Position numbers and translations under genes: made by a program. 64,000 nt of DNA from Ginglymostoma cirratum (Eukaryota). This document shows, one piece after another, positions 61,691 to 64,000 of this stretch (positions are counted from its first letter, which is position 1; every line of letters starts with the position of its first letter). The stretch lies in the NCBI GenBank assembly GCA_024137785.1, contig JAHRHZ010000040.1, forward strand, positions 6,765,545 through 6,829,544, given 5' to 3'. Under the pieces are notes generated by a model. That model had not been told where the DNA came from. It worked only from the letters and a program-made list of their open reading frames with translations, and searched no databases.

Positions 61691-64000
61691 GCAAGAGAAA
61701 CAGAGCTAACATTTTGAGCTCATTATGAGTCTTTTTCAGAATTGAGCAAAGGTAGAAATGTGATGGGTTTTATGTGATTGCAACAGTGCAGCTTCCTGTC
61801 TCACTTGGAACTGAAAGAAATGAAACAAATTCGCTTCCAATTTTCATTTATCATTCATCTTTACCTCTGACTCTTCCCTCCCCTTCCTTGACTTCTCTGT
61901 CTCCATTTCCAAGGTGGTCTACTAATATTCATGACAAATCCACCAACTCCCGCAGCTATCTTGCTTAGATTTCCTCACATCTTGCTTCCGATAAGGTAAG
62001 AAAATGGAGGAGGAGCAATTGGAATTGAAGCAAATGTCAGAAAAAGATTAGAGAATGAGGGAGATTATAGATCAAAGCGATCATAGAACAAAAGGCAAAA
62101 GGAGTTGTAATGGCTACAAAGAAGAATCAAAGCATAGTGTAGATGTCAATAGCAGAATGAAGGTCATTTCTGAAAATAGAAACATGAAAACGAGATGCAG
62201 ACAGTATGGAAAAATATTATATTGAAATAGAGGACACAGTGCATAGTCTGAAGTTGTTGATATCAACCATGCGGCCAGAGGCTGTAAAGTGCCTATGTTG
62301 AAAATAAAGTGCTATTTCTCCTGCTTATGTTGGGCTTCACTGAAACACTGCAGTGCACTAAAGTCAGAAATGCGTGCACACGAGCAAGGTGATGTATTCA
62401 ACTAGCAAGTGATTGGAAGGTTGAGTCAGGCTTGCAGACTGAACAAAGGTGTTCTGCAAAACAGTCACCCAGTCTTCATTTTGTCTCAATTTATAGCAGT
62501 CTGTTGCTTGAGCAGAGAATATGGAATAGAAAGTATAAGGAAATCATTGTTGCATCTGGAAACAATGCTTGAGCATTTTGCAACAAGGAAGCGGGAGGGT
62601 GGAGATAAAAGAGCAAGTGTTACCCTGCCTGGGATTGTATAGAAAACTTCTGTGGGAGAAAGGTAGTGGAGGTTAGAGAGAGGTGACCCAGTGTATCATA
62701 GAGACAATTCCCTTCAGCAAGCTGACGGTTGAAAGGAGGGGAAGGGATTTAAAGTGATATTCTAACAAAGTAAAGATGATACAATAAAAACTTTTTCACA
62801 CAGCAGGTAGTTAGGGTATGGAACGCACTGCCTAGAATAGCAGTGGGGACAGGTTCAATTGAGGCATTCAAGAGGCCATTGGTTAATTATGTGGATAGAC
62901 ATGGTGTGCAGGGATATGCAGTCATAGAGTCATAGAGCTGTACAGCCTGGAAACAGACCTTCTGTCCAACTCGTCCATGCCGACCTGATATCCTATATTA
63001 ATTTAGTCCTATTTGCCACCATTTGTCCTGTATCCCTCTAAACCATTCCTATCATTTACCTATCCAGGTTGCCTTTTAAATGTTGTAATTGTACCAGCCT
63101 TCACCAGTTCTTCTGGCAGCTCATTCCATACATACACCGCCTCTGTGAAAAAATTGCCCCTTAGATCCCTTTTAAATCTTTCCCCTCTCACCACAAACCG
63201 ATGTTGTTTAGTTTTGGACTCTCCCACCCTGGGGAAAAGACTTTGTCTATTCAACCTATCCATATCCATCATGATCTTACAAACTTCTATAAGGTCAGCC
63301 CTCAGCCTCTGATGCTCCACGAAGAGTACCCCAGCCTATTCAGCGTCTCCCTAAAACTCAAATTCTCCAACCCTGGCAACATCCTTGTAAATCAGAATCC
63401 TTTCAAATTTCACAATATCCTTCCTATAGCAGGGAGAGCAGAACTCAATGCAGCATTCCAAAAGTGGCCTAATCAATGTCTTGTACAGCAGCAATATGAC
63501 TCCAATACTCAATGCACTGACCAATAAAGGATATGGAGAAAAGGCAGGAGATTGGTATTAGATAAATAGAACTGGTGCAGGCACAATGGGCCAAATGGTC
63601 TCTGTCTGTGTCATAACAATGCTGTGATTGTGGTAATAAGAGTTTAGTAGAGGCATCATGCTGGGGGTCCAGGAGGGGGCGTGGTAATTTGGAGAATGAT
63701 TCTTTTAATTTAGAGGCCGATCAGATGAAATGTGAAGACGATGGTTCTAGGAGGGAGGGAAAGCTTGAGGGCTAATGTACAGAAAATGGGTCAGACACGA
63801 GTGAGGGGCTTGTCAACCCAGTAGAGAATTCTTCACTGAAAACAAAGGAAGACATGTCAGAAGCAACATTGTGGAAGGTAACAATATCAGAACAGAAAAG
63901 ACAGAGATGGAGGAACTGGGAAAATGGAATGAAAGCCTATAGGAAGCACAATGTCAGGAAGCTACCTACTCAATGTAGATCCGAGAGTTGCTGGATTTGT
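61690..64000. mobile_element. Old Penelope remnant (-) interrupted by CR1 3' fragments (clearest at about 62925-63530, -)
   Basis: 62250-62760 and 63640-64000 resemble the decayed 28-29 kb element. ORF 63060-63320 reads RADLIEVCKIM...RGNFFTE..VWNELP. Confidence 0.65.

Overview
Vertebrate genomic DNA, most likely a shark. This is inferred from HE1/V-SINE, Deu-type SINE, CR1 and Penelope repeats plus jawed-vertebrate immune genes. The window covers a class II cytokine receptor cluster on the + strand, most of whose exons are not in the supplied ORF track. (1) The last two exons of IFNGR1 (1589-2616: TM, LPKVL, GYDKPQ). (2) An IL22RA2/IL20RA-like pseudogene, locus A (25769-40070, five clear exons), with a lost Trp, a dead splice donor, an in-frame stop and a frameshift. 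(3) A compact IL20RA/IL22RA2-like gene, locus B (49218-54073). Its five ectodomain exons are intact, but an apparent 2-bp deletion ends it as a 228-aa soluble protein just upstream of a frameshifted TM segment and a still-open 184-codon IL20RA-like tail. One CTCF-like motif sits downstream of each of the three loci. The rest is mostly transposons: a Neptune-type Penelope element (RT + GIY-YIG), about ten short Penelope derivatives carrying minimal hammerhead ribozyme motifs (several as fold-back palindromes with 14-16 bp TSDs), many CR1/L2 LINEs, SINEs, a probable solo LTR, Harbinger remnants and a MITE. The 400-N gap looks like an artefact of one of the palindromes. Gene and repeat identities are from motif recognition by eye, without database searches, and old repeat boundaries are approximate.
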